In this document: piece after piece, positions 18,841 to 27,629 of the stretch
Layout of the letters: every line of letters starts with the position of its first letter
Numbering within the stretch: the stretch's first letter is position 1
DNA from: an uncultured Bdellovibrionales bacterium
Lineage (GTDB): Bacteria; Patescibacteriota; Minisyncoccia; Moranbacterales; DUUL01
Length of the DNA: 40,108 bases
Direction of reading: 5' to 3'
Assembly: GCA_964393045.1 (NCBI GenBank)
Contig: CAYMRZ010000002.1
Span: forward strand, 1 to 40,108
Translations under genes and position numbers: made by a program
The notes under the pieces: generated by a model
Databases searched by the model: none
Seen by the model: only the letters and a program-made list of their open reading frames with translations
Told to the model about the DNA's origin: nothing

Positions 18841-19446
18841 ATGAAACCTATTTATTTTGGCAAAAAGGAATCAGGAGAAGACCTGTATTTGGATTTGGAA
18901 AAAGAGGGTATTCATTTTATTTCGCTTCTGGGGGCAACTGCATCAGGCAAGAGCGTTTTTCATGAAAATTTATATAAAGAATTGACTGATAAATATACAC
19001 CCGAAGAACTCGGGTTTATTTTTATGGATATGACCAGGGTAGATTTTGTTGATTGGAGATCGCCTGAATATCTTATAAAACCAACTATTGTTGAGCCTGA
19101 TGAGGCCTTGAATGTATTAGGGAATGTCAAAGATGATAGCAAAATAATTTTTATCCATATTGAGGAATGTGATATGGCCTTTATTAATAGAGCCAAAATG
19201 GAGAAAGGTCTGGATAAAATCAGGAAAAAAGAAAATATCTTCTTAGTTTATTCTACTAGCCGAATAGATCAAAGTTATTTAAAGGACTGGATGGATAAAT
19301 ATTTTGATTTAAATATTATCTTCAGAACAGCCGCAAAAGAAGATTCCCAATTTCTTCTGGGAAATGAGAACGCTTTTAATTTTGAAGATCCAGGAGAGAG
19401 GATTTTGGCTTTTAACGATAAACAGATAAAACTAGTTCCATTTTAG
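18841..19446 (+). CDS. Stand-alone mini FtsK/SpoIIIE(HerA)-type P-loop ATPase (201 aa)
   Basis: LLGATASGKSVFHENLYKELTDKYTPEELGFIFMDMTRVDF parallels the FtsK motor Walker A region. IIFIHIEECDM is the Walker B equivalent, and FLVYSTSR parallels the ATQRP segment. Confidence 0.5.
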   Translation: MKPIYFGKKESGEDLYLDLEKEGIHFISLLGATASGKSVFHENLYKELTDKYTPEELGFIFMDMTRVDFVDWRSPEYLIKPTIVEPDEALNVLGNVKDDSKIIFIHIEECDMAFINRAKMEKGLDKIRKKENIFLVYSTSRIDQSYLKDWMDKYFDLNIIFRTAAKEDSQFLLGNENAFNFEDPGERILAFNDKQIKLVPF

Positions 19447-19464
19447 TAAAGAGTTATTTATTAT

Positions 19465-22062
19465 ATGAAAAGTAGTTACAGAATAAAAACAATTAAGAAT
19501 GCAGATTTATATATCAAAAATTGGGCTAAAAGTCGGAACGAAAATTGGCTGAATTTTTTGTGTAGTAAAATTATCGAAACAAGAAAACCAGCGAATGAAC
19601 AATTAATAAGCAAGACATATAAATTATTTCAAAGGGAATATGAGCTGGTTGAAAAAGCAGATGTAAAAAAGTCGAATAGCCCTCAGGGGAATAATATAAG
19701 CGATAGAAATGAAACCACAGAAAAACCAAAATCTGTAACATTATTATCTCTTACTCATATTGAAGGAGTAAATGCCTTAAAACAAGATGAACCAATAAAT
19801 TTTCATCCTAAATTAACAGTTATTTATGGTCGCAATGGAGCTGGAAAATCTGGATATATTAGAATACTTAAAAAAATAAGTAAAGCAAAAACTGCTGAGG
19901 ATATTTGGTCAGATATTCGAGAAAAAAAAGAAAAAAATCAGTGCAAAGCAAAGATTTCTTTAGCGGTTGATGGAAAAAACAAGGATTTTATGTGGTGCGG
20001 AGAGGAGTTATCAGCTCCTTTTAATTTTATTAAAATATTTGATGGCAAGTGTATTCCTATTTATCTTAACGAAAAAATAGATTTTTCATTAACTCCATTT
20101 GGTTTGGAATTATTTTCTTTTATCACGGCTGTTTTTGTGGAGATAAGAAAAAAACTAGATGAAGACATAGAAAGCAAAAAGCAACAAAACAATCCTTCAA
20201 ATATATTTACGGAAGACACAAAAACTTTCAATGTTATAAACGAAATTAGTGCAGATACAAATCTAGATGACATTTTTGAATCGGTTAAAAATGTAAAAGA
20301 AATACAAAAAAAGCTAAGTAATGCAAGGAGCGAGTATAAAAGAATTATTGGTATAGAAGACAGGCTAAAGGTTTTACAAAATGAAGAAAAAGTTATAACA
20401 CGGCTGTTGAATTATTTGGATAAAATAAATGAGAATTTCAACGAAAAGAAAATAGCAGAATATAAAAAAGAGGTAAGCGAATGGATGAAAAAGGAAAAAG
20501 AAGCTAAAAACAAAAGCTTAACAAATTTTTCCAAATATGGAATCGAGAAAGCAGACTTTAATGAGTGGCATAATTTTATTTCAAACGCTGAACAGTATAT
20601 AAAAATTTTAGATAAACCAGCATATCCTTCGGCTAAAGAAAAGTGTATTTATTGCAACCAGGAGCTATCTGAAGAAGCAGTTAGTTTAATACAAAGTTAT
20701 AGAGATTACATAAACAGTGCTGCGGAGAAGCTATTGCAGGAAATAAATCTCAAACAAAGAGAGTACTGTGCAAATGCCGAGTCACTAAGCTACTATAATT
20801 TCACAGAAGACAAAAAGGATTTGAATAATATATTAGGTGAAGAGTTATGCAAAAAGGTGTTTGATTTCTTAGAGGAAGCCAGTCCATTTATTGGTAATTT
20901 CATCGATGGTTTGAAAAATAAAAATTTAGACAAACAAGGATATTGCTCGGAGTATAATTTGAGAAAAGAAACTCAAGAAGTAAAAAATAACCTGCAGGAA
21001 AAAATAAAGCAAGCCAAGTCTGATAAAGAGAAGTTCAGCAGTAAGACAAGAGAATTATTTAACGAGATAAGAAATTTAGATGACTTAATAAAATTAAATA
21101 AGAATAAAAATGCTATCAGTGATTATGTTGATAAATTGAAGTGGATAAGAAAAGCGGATGGCTTGTTGCCAAAATTAAATACACAGCCTGTGACTAATTG
21201 TCAGAAAAAAGCTTGGAAGAGACTTGTGTCTGACAGTTTTGAAAAAAAATTTCAAAAGGAATGTGAAAATTTATCAACGCCAGAAATCGAGCTGTCTTTT
21301 CCTGCTGAATATGGAGTTCAAAAAAGAGCAAAATCTCTTGAAGGCTTGAAAAATATAGACGAGTTTTTGAGTGAAGGGGAGCAACGCTCAGTAGCATTGG
21401 CTGACTTTTTTGCAGAAATTGGAACTGACGATGTTAATGCTCCCGTTATTTTTGACGACCCTGTAAATAGTATGGATGATTTAAGAAGGGATAAACTAGC
21501 TCAACGGATATATGAGGAATCGCAAGAACGTCAACTTATTGTTTTTACACACGACATTTTATTTGTAAGTCATCTTTATGATAAAGTTTACAATAATGAT
21601 AAAAATAAAGTTGAACCAACGTTGGCTAATTTTCACTGGATGGAAAAAGACAGAGGATATTGTGGAAAAATGACAGAAAATGCTTGTCCGAGGATGGACA
21701 AATTAGGGAGAATACGAGGCGAAGTAGAGCAGATAATTAAGAGGGTGGCAAACTCCAACGCTTTTGAAAAAGAATCACAAATTGGAGAGGCATATTCAGG
21801 AATGAGGGAAATGCTTGAGTGCATTGTTGTCGAAAAACTTTTCAACAGGGTAGTTGAAAGATGGAGCGAAAGGATGAAAATGCATAATCTTACTAAAGTC
21901 GTTTTAGATTCTGAAAAGTATAAGAAAACAAGAGCTTTATTTGAAGAATTTAGCGGATATATAAAAGGACACAGTCATTCGGCTGTTAGCAAACAAGATT
22001 TTCCAGACTTAGACAAACTTAAAGAAGATTTTAAAAAAGTAAAAAAGCTGTATGAACAATAA
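19465..22062 (+). CDS. RloC-like ABC ATPase (AAA_13 type) with a long coiled-coil insert, CxxC zinc hook and putative C-terminal anticodon-nuclease region
   Basis: Walker A YGRNGAGKSG, ~500-aa coiled-coil insert with KCIYCNQEL, signature LSEGEQRS, Walker B VIFDDPVNSMD, H-loop VFTHD. The C-terminal GMREMLE...H pattern is reminiscent of the PrrC/RloC Arg-Glu-His triad. Confidence 0.55.
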   Translation: MKSSYRIKTIKNADLYIKNWAKSRNENWLNFLCSKIIETRKPANEQLISKTYKLFQREYELVEKADVKKSNSPQGNNISDRNETTEKPKSVTLLSLTHIEGVNALKQDEPINFHPKLTVIYGRNGAGKSGYIRILKKISKAKTAEDIWSDIREKKEKNQCKAKISLAVDGKNKDFMWCGEELSAPFNFIKIFDGKCIPIYLNEKIDFSLTPFGLELFSFITAVFVEIRKKLDEDIESKKQQNNPSNIFTEDTKTFNVINEISADTNLDDIFESVKNVKEIQKKLSNARSEYKRIIGIEDRLKVLQNEEKVITRLLNYLDKINENFNEKKIAEYKKEVSEWMKKEKEAKNKSLTNFSKYGIEKADFNEWHNFISNAEQYIKILDKPAYPSAKEKCIYCNQELSEEAVSLIQSYRDYINSAAEKLLQEINLKQREYCANAESLSYYNFTEDKKDLNNILGEELCKKVFDFLEEASPFIGNFIDGLKNKNLDKQGYCSEYNLRKETQEVKNNLQEKIKQAKSDKEKFSSKTRELFNEIRNLDDLIKLNKNKNAISDYVDKLKWIRKADGLLPKLNTQPVTNCQKKAWKRLVSDSFEKKFQKECENLSTPEIELSFPAEYGVQKRAKSLEGLKNIDEFLSEGEQRSVALADFFAEIGTDDVNAPVIFDDPVNSMDDLRRDKLAQRIYEESQERQLIVFTHDILFVSHLYDKVYNNDKNKVEPTLANFHWMEKDRGYCGKMTENACPRMDKLGRIRGEVEQIIKRVANSNAFEKESQIGEAYSGMREMLECIVVEKLFNRVVERWSERMKMHNLTKVVLDSEKYKKTRALFEEFSGYIKGHSHSAVSKQDFPDLDKLKEDFKKVKKLYEQ

Positions 22063-22861
22063 CAATGCAATAAAAAAAGAAGTGATAAAATATTTCAAAG
22101 ATATTGATTTTGAATACTGGGAGAAAAGATTGGCAAATATAGTGTCAAAAATAAAGATGCTAAAAACCTCAAAGGCGAAGTCAATATATCTAGTTGATTG
22201 TTATTCTGTTTATCTCCAGTTGTTGGAGATTTTTTTTATAAATATTCTTGCACTATCAGTTAAGGGAAAAACATTTTTCCATTTTCTTTTTATTGGAAAT
22301 CAGGAGTTGAGAAAATATGTCAAAGCAAATTTCTTAAATAAGGAATTTCAGAAGTGGCTGATGGAAAATTATGTTTTCGGATTCAAGGATAAAAGTATAA
22401 TCAGGGAATATGAAAAACATTGTGCTGATAATATAAGTGTCGTTAAGGAATGTGCGAAGGATTATCTCGAAGATTATGATTTTCTGAATGCGTATAAGCA
22501 CGGTTTTCGAGCAAAAGCATTTTTCGGTGGCAACAAAGTAAACATTGGAGGTTATACTATTTTACAGGGAGATTCGGAATTAACTTATTATTCTCAGAAG
22601 GGAAATTCAATTTTCAAATGCACCATAACTTTTAGCCATAAAAGGATATTAGGTAAATCATTTTTTATTTTAGCGATGCTCAAAAATGCTCAGAAAGTTT
22701 TTCTTGCCCAGGGAAATAATAGAAAAATGAAGCTGAGCCACTGCTACATCAAAGATGTTGATGATTGGAATAAATCTTTTGGGACAGCAAGATTCAAAAC
22801 AGAAATACTCGTTGTGGGAAGTAAAATTAGACTTGATAATAATTTTGGTAAGAGTGCATAA
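22052..22861 (+). CDS. Hypothetical protein (269 aa), translationally overlapping the RloC-like gene
   Basis: The start overlaps the upstream stop by 11 nt. No recognisable motif. Confidence 0.45.
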   Translation: MNNNNAIKKEVIKYFKDIDFEYWEKRLANIVSKIKMLKTSKAKSIYLVDCYSVYLQLLEIFFINILALSVKGKTFFHFLFIGNQELRKYVKANFLNKEFQKWLMENYVFGFKDKSIIREYEKHCADNISVVKECAKDYLEDYDFLNAYKHGFRAKAFFGGNKVNIGGYTILQGDSELTYYSQKGNSIFKCTITFSHKRILGKSFFILAMLKNAQKVFLAQGNNRKMKLSHCYIKDVDDWNKSFGTARFKTEILVVGSKIRLDNNFGKSA

Positions 22862-22916
22862 CTAAATTTGACTTCTTGGTAAGGCAAGGTAACATCGGAC
22901 AAATTATAAAAATCCG

Positions 22917-23828
22917 ATGTTTTTATTTAAAAAACAAAAATCAATAAAGTTAAGCGAAGCGGGGAAACAATATCTGGACTTTTGTGAACTGGAAAAGGAA
23001 ATGAGTCCTTTTTCCATCTATGAATACAGCAAAATAATAAAGTGGACTGTTGATATTCTTGGCGATCTGAATATCCAAAATTTAAATGAAGAATGTATTG
23101 TCCAACTCAAGAAAGAATATAACAGACGAAGATTAAAACCATCAACCAGGGCTAATAATCTTTCTGTTGTTAGGGAAATTTTAAAATTTTGCCAAGAAGA
23201 AATGAGTTTGAAAGTTATGAATTTTGAAAAGATAAAAAGACCGAAAATTCCCAAAAGAAGAGTTGAATATCTAACTGAAGAAGAGTTAAAACATTTTTTT
23301 AATGCTATTCCTAAAAAAAGCACTAGAGATTTTAGATTCAGAACATTATTGGCAATTTTAATTTCTACAGGTTGCCGTATTGGCGAGGCATTAGATTTAA
23401 AAATTCAGGATATAGATTGGGAAAATAAAGAGGTAATAATAATTGGCAAGGGGAATAAAGAAAGAAAGTTGTACTTTACTGATTGGTCTTTAAAGTGCAT
23501 AAAAGAATATATAAAAAAGAGGGGGTATGAAGGCAAGTTTATTTTTGTAGCCGAAGGCAAGAAAAATCGCTGGGACAGAAACGATGCCCAGAGAAATTTT
23601 AGAAATTATCGTAAGAAACTAGGGTTGCCATCTCATATCACTGCTCATACCATAAGGCACAGCTTTGCCACACTTTTAATGAAAAAAGGTATTAGCTTGG
23701 GACACATCCAGGTATTACTTGGACATTCAAGTGTGCAAACTACCAGCAGGTATTATTTGGGGATTTTAAATGATGACGAAGCGAAAAGTGCTCACAGGAG
23801 AGGATTGGGTATGGATTCGTGGTTGTAA
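22917..23828 (+). CDS. Tyrosine recombinase/integrase no. 4
   Basis: STGCRIGEAL, GKGNKERKLYF, HTIRHSFATLL and GHSSVQTTSRYY. It is paralogous to no. 2 (shared MFLF-K N-terminus). Confidence 0.85.
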   Translation: MFLFKKQKSIKLSEAGKQYLDFCELEKEMSPFSIYEYSKIIKWTVDILGDLNIQNLNEECIVQLKKEYNRRRLKPSTRANNLSVVREILKFCQEEMSLKVMNFEKIKRPKIPKRRVEYLTEEELKHFFNAIPKKSTRDFRFRTLLAILISTGCRIGEALDLKIQDIDWENKEVIIIGKGNKERKLYFTDWSLKCIKEYIKKRGYEGKFIFVAEGKKNRWDRNDAQRNFRNYRKKLGLPSHITAHTIRHSFATLLMKKGISLGHIQVLLGHSSVQTTSRYYLGILNDDEAKSAHRRGLGMDSWL

Positions 23829-23866
23829 TATTTGATTTAAATCAAGGCTTGTTCTAGTCTTTAGGT

Positions 23867-24712
23867 ATGAAAAGAAGTAATGAAAATATATTTCTAATTT
23901 TGCTTGGGCTAATTCTATTTCTGCAATTGGTTTTTCTTTGGATTGCTTATAATAAAGGTGGAAATATTACATTTGGAAATATTTTATCGGTTTTAAGTTT
24001 GACATTGACTGTGCTTGGTTGGTTTATGATTTATTATTTGGGGTTTAGGCAATCTAAAAAAACCATAAGTATAGAAAAGAAAATAGAGATATACGAAAAG
24101 CTTGTAGAAATTGAGTATAGGCTTTTTAATAAACACTTAATTGACCTTGATGTAACTGTAAATTTTTCAGTTATAGATTATAATAATCAGAAAAAAATTG
24201 GAGACCATTTTTTAAATCTATCCAAAAAGATTTTTAAAACTCAAAAGTGTTTTCAAGAGTTTGTGAGTTGTGCTTATGCCTGGTTATTTCTGATGCCTGG
24301 TTTGGAGAAAGCTAGATATTTGCTTGAAAAAGAATTTAACGATTTTATTAAAGAGCTTCGTTCATATTGCAACTTACTTCAAAAAAGACAGTTAGCTTTA
24401 ATTGAGGCCAAAGCACCTAATTTAATCCCAGTTCAAAATAGGACAAAATTACCATCTGAGCAAGAAATATCTAGAAAAAAAGAAAATATATTTATTTGGT
24501 CAACCGATATATCCAATTTTATCGATGATTTTTTAGAATTAGTTAGTGACCAGTTGATATATCCAACTTTTAATCATAGGCAGAGAAGAGCTATTGAGAA
24601 TTTAAAAGAGGGGCAAATTTATCGTAAATTAACAAAGCATGGTATCATAAAGTCTCGTTACAAGCTTACACCTCTCCAAAAAGAACTTCAAAATGAAATT
24701 AATAGCAGTTAA
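23867..24712 (+). CDS. Hypothetical protein with two N-terminal TM helices
   Basis: IFLILLGLILFLQLVFLWIAY and ILSVLSLTLTVLGWFMIYYLGF, followed by a soluble helical domain. Confidence 0.45.
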   Translation: MKRSNENIFLILLGLILFLQLVFLWIAYNKGGNITFGNILSVLSLTLTVLGWFMIYYLGFRQSKKTISIEKKIEIYEKLVEIEYRLFNKHLIDLDVTVNFSVIDYNNQKKIGDHFLNLSKKIFKTQKCFQEFVSCAYAWLFLMPGLEKARYLLEKEFNDFIKELRSYCNLLQKRQLALIEAKAPNLIPVQNRTKLPSEQEISRKKENIFIWSTDISNFIDDFLELVSDQLIYPTFNHRQRRAIENLKEGQIYRKLTKHGIIKSRYKLTPLQKELQNEINSS

Positions 24713-24718
24713 TTTTAA

Positions 24719-24746
24719 TTCCTCCCACGAATCACCTCCTTTCTAG
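24719..24746 (+). repeat. 28-nt island-end motif TTCCTCCCACGAATCACCTCCTTTCTAG; its last 16 nt duplicate the 16S 3' tail
   Basis: Identical to 38329-38356. ATCACCTCCTTTCTAG is identical to 32-47 at the genuine 16S end. Confidence 0.8.
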
Positions 24747-24808
24747 GGAGTTTTTGACAAAACCGAGAAAATGTTTTTCATTATAGCTTACACTCTTTAT
24801 AGTGGAGC

Positions 24809-24977
24809 TAGAAAAATATTGGTTTTGTCCGCCCGCCTGCAACGCTTTGCGTAGCAATGCGGGCAAGGCTGGTCGAGTCCCGCTAAGCGGGAGAACAGCT
24901 AGCTTAGCAGTGCGAATACTGTTAGTGGATTTTGTACAATCCACGGGCTCATACGGGCTAATCGCAAAAAGTTGTGA
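24809..24977 (+). ncRNA. Structured RNA 'X', copy B
   Basis: Same 5' and 3' blocks as copy A. It has an extra hairpin GCCCGC...GCGGGC (absent in A, present in C) and stems TCCCGC/GCGGGA (24878-24892) and GTGGATT/AATCCAC (24925-24944). The preceding spacer (24747-24808) is homologous to 48-110, including TTGACA and CTCTTTATAGTGG. Confidence 0.6.
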
Positions 24978-24991
24978 TAAACTTAAATAAT

Positions 24992-25019
24992 AAAACACCT
25001 CTACTTTGGAGGTGTTTTA
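24992..25019 (+). terminator. Rho-independent terminator after X-B
   Basis: AAAACACCTC-loop-GAGGTGTTTT with a trailing T-rich run. Confidence 0.6.
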
Positions 25020-25154
25020 TGTTATATTAAAATTATCGAAACAATAGATTTAAGCTAAAAGACAAAAATAGGACCAAAAAAGGTACCTGACCCCTTTTCT
25101 CTAACCGAAGCTAATGTGTGATTGCCCCAGTACAATAACTATACGGGGTAAACC

Positions 25155-25241
25155 ATGAAAACAAGCAATCAAAAACGAACCATCCAAAATACAAAAGAAG
25201 AATTTCTCACTTGGCTTCAAGTGGAAAGAAGATTCGCCTGA
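25155..25241 (+). pseudogene. Relic of an integrase no. 1-type gene (first 28 codons only)
   Basis: MKTSNQKRTIQNTKEEFLTWLQVERRFA* matches ...NTAEEFLTWLQVERRFAQ of the 826-1749 product. The upstream GAAGCTAATGTGT (25108-25120) matches 655-667. Confidence 0.7.
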
Positions 25242-25255
25242 AGCTCAAGCTATCA

Positions 25256-25290
25256 CAAAAAACACCCGCGAGGTGTTTTTTTATTTTTTT
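25256..25290 (+). terminator. Rho-independent terminator
   Basis: AAAAACACC-CGCGA-GGTGTTTTT followed by TTATTTTTTT. Confidence 0.6.
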
Positions 25291-25375
25291 CAATTTGACT
25301 TGGTCGACAATATAAGATAGCATTGACTAGAAGTACATTGAACAATCAACTGAATAGAAAAAAAGGGGGTAATAT

Positions 25376-26413
25376 ATGAAGTCTAATAGCACAAACGAAG
25401 AAGTCTATTGGAGAGATGCTTTGAATTTTAGTAAAAAAGAAGCTGGGGTAGCGGAAAGGTTTAATGACTGGGTTCCTGAAAAGATAATCGATTGTCATGC
25501 CCATTGTGGCTTAGCTGAACACGTAATGAGGCTTGAAGAAATGATTTTTAATCATATGAGCTCAACGTTTCTGAGATTTGGACTCAAACAATCAGCGTTA
25601 ATTCAGAAGCTCTTTTATCCCGGCAAAATTGTTCGTTATTTACGGTTTCCATTTCCGTTTGCAGGAGTTGATGTGAAGAAAGCAAACGCTTATCTCTTGG
25701 ATGGTGCTCGAGAGAAAGACAGGGTTGCAATTTGTGGAATGCCCGATGATGTTGATTATACGGTTGGTCTGCTTGAAGGAGAAAATATTTCGGCTTTGAA
25801 AATTTATCACTTCTATTTTATTCCTCCTGCAAAAAGAATCTATGAATTCTTCAAATCGGAGATACTGGAGGTAACTCAGAGGGAAGGCGTGCCAATTATC
25901 CTGCATCTGCCTAAGCCGATTACCCACTGCCTAAGTGATCTCCGACAACTATTGAAAGACTTTCCTAGGCAAATAGTTGTTTTGGCACATCTTGGTGTCC
26001 CCATTTTTTCGGATGATGAATTAGCAGCTGTTTATGGGGAGATTGCGAAAAATGAAAATGTTTTCATGGACACGGCTATGATTTCTTCAGTTGGCGTTGT
26101 AAAAAAGGCTTTAAACAAACTTGGTGTCAGTCGAATCATGTTTGGGTCTGACGAGCCATTAAATATGGTAAGGGCAATTGTTTATGAAAATCCAAGCTTG
26201 GGGCAACGGTTAGCTTCGTCATACCCATATCATTGGGTCAATCCAAGAGAGTTTGAAGAATTTGGTCATCTGGCTAAGGGGGCAATGCATTTTCACTGGC
26301 AAGCGATCGAGGCTCTTCGAGAGGGGGTAGAATCGCTATCTTTCGCTGAGACAGCTCAGGCCATTGGCAAAATCTTTTTTGGCACGGCCAAAGAAGTCTT
26401 TAGTTTTGACTAA
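25376..26413 (+). CDS. Amidohydrolase-2 family metal-dependent hydrolase (TIM barrel)
   Basis: IIDCHAHCG (HxH), HLPKP, LAHLG and MFGSDEP motifs. Strong RBS AAGGGGG. Confidence 0.6.
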   Translation: MKSNSTNEEVYWRDALNFSKKEAGVAERFNDWVPEKIIDCHAHCGLAEHVMRLEEMIFNHMSSTFLRFGLKQSALIQKLFYPGKIVRYLRFPFPFAGVDVKKANAYLLDGAREKDRVAICGMPDDVDYTVGLLEGENISALKIYHFYFIPPAKRIYEFFKSEILEVTQREGVPIILHLPKPITHCLSDLRQLLKDFPRQIVVLAHLGVPIFSDDELAAVYGEIAKNENVFMDTAMISSVGVVKKALNKLGVSRIMFGSDEPLNMVRAIVYENPSLGQRLASSYPYHWVNPREFEEFGHLAKGAMHFHWQAIEALREGVESLSFAETAQAIGKIFFGTAKEVFSFD

Positions 26414-26597
26414 GAATATTGTTCGCTGACTTGCGGGGTACTCTGAACGAAGAATTCCCCGCTTTTCATTTTTATGTTAGATTTATTGTGTGTATATGTA
26501 CAAAAGAGTATCAGTATATATTTGACAAGAATGTCCTTTTTGTGGAGAATAATCTGAATACTATTTGATAGTCACTCTAATCCATGATACTTTATAG

Positions 26598-27617
26598 ATG
26601 AAAATAGTTGAAAAAAATAAAAGATCCATTGTATATTTAGGGAGCGATTTTTCTCGTGACCTAGAGGAGATATTCGGGGAAGCTCAAATCGAAAATGGAA
26701 GAGTGTTGCTGGTGACGGGAGAGAAAAGCTTTGACCAATCATTTTATAAAAAAGAGTTCCTTGGTTTGTTGAAAAAACTGAATTTGACTGTGTGCAAAAG
26801 AATCAGGACTTCAGCGAATCCTGATTTATTTTCTTTCAAAAAGGAACTAGACGGTTTGGGAGGAACTGTCGATTGGGTTTTTTGCGTTGGCGGTGGATCA
26901 GCTATCGACTATGGCAAGTTGGCGAAACTTAAGAAGTTCAAAGAAGCGAAGATTTTTGTTTTATATACATTGCCGGGATCGGGGTCAATTGTGACGCCGT
27001 TTGCTATTTACGATAATGGAGAGTTTAAAATCGGGGATCATTCTGAGGACATCATTCCAGATGTTGTCTATGCTAACAAAAAAGTCATAGAAGACCTGAG
27101 CCAGGAATTGAGATTGATTGCAGTATGTGACATCTATGCTCATGCGATGGAGTCTTTATTGTCCAAAGCGAATACGGAAGAATCAGAGAGACTTTCTAAA
27201 GAAGTGCTGGACATCTTATCGAAAAAACAAGAAATTGAGAAGATGAATGTGGGAGAATTTTTGGAGGCCGATATTGCTGCGGCAAAAGCCGAGAGCATAG
27301 CGCTTGTTCTCTTTCCCCATGCGATAGGGCATTATTTGACATATAAGCTTGGCGTGTCACATCCAATAGCCTCAATTGTTTTTTTTCAAGAATTTATTGA
27401 ATTATTAATTTCCAAGGGCGTAGAAGTGGATGTGAGCCACATAGAATATTTGTTAGAATTAAAGAAGCTGCTTAAGGAAAAGGGTCTGTTGAGGGAGCAC
27501 TACGAGGTTGAAGCTGAAAGCGCCATGAGTTTAATCGAGAAGTACATGGGCTTTGTTTTTAATAACAGTCCAATTTCCATTCTTCGAAAGGAGTATTTGG
27601 GGATGATTAAGAAATAA
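26598..27617 (+). CDS. Iron-containing alcohol dehydrogenase / dehydroquinate-synthase-like oxidoreductase
   Basis: VGGGSAIDYGKLA nucleotide motif. Metal ligands in DIYAHAMESL and HAIGHYL. Confidence 0.6.
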   Translation: MKIVEKNKRSIVYLGSDFSRDLEEIFGEAQIENGRVLLVTGEKSFDQSFYKKEFLGLLKKLNLTVCKRIRTSANPDLFSFKKELDGLGGTVDWVFCVGGGSAIDYGKLAKLKKFKEAKIFVLYTLPGSGSIVTPFAIYDNGEFKIGDHSEDIIPDVVYANKKVIEDLSQELRLIAVCDIYAHAMESLLSKANTEESERLSKEVLDILSKKQEIEKMNVGEFLEADIAAAKAESIALVLFPHAIGHYLTYKLGVSHPIASIVFFQEFIELLISKGVEVDVSHIEYLLELKKLLKEKGLLREHYEVEAESAMSLIEKYMGFVFNNSPISILRKEYLGMIKK

Positions 27618-27629
27618 CAAAAGCGACAA

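Larger units (their letters stand above)
265..24746 (+). mobile_element. Integrative island 1 (~24 kb): four tyrosine recombinases, a phage-like module and a defence gene block, bounded by RNA X copies A and B
   Basis: Flanked by direct repeats (16S tail + spacer + X at 32-264 and 24731-24977). Integrase genes lie next to the left repeat, as in tRNA/tmRNA-targeting islands. Sampled stretches are ~25-33% GC versus ~43-47% in 25.4-33.8 kb and 39.1-40.0 kb. Confidence 0.55.
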
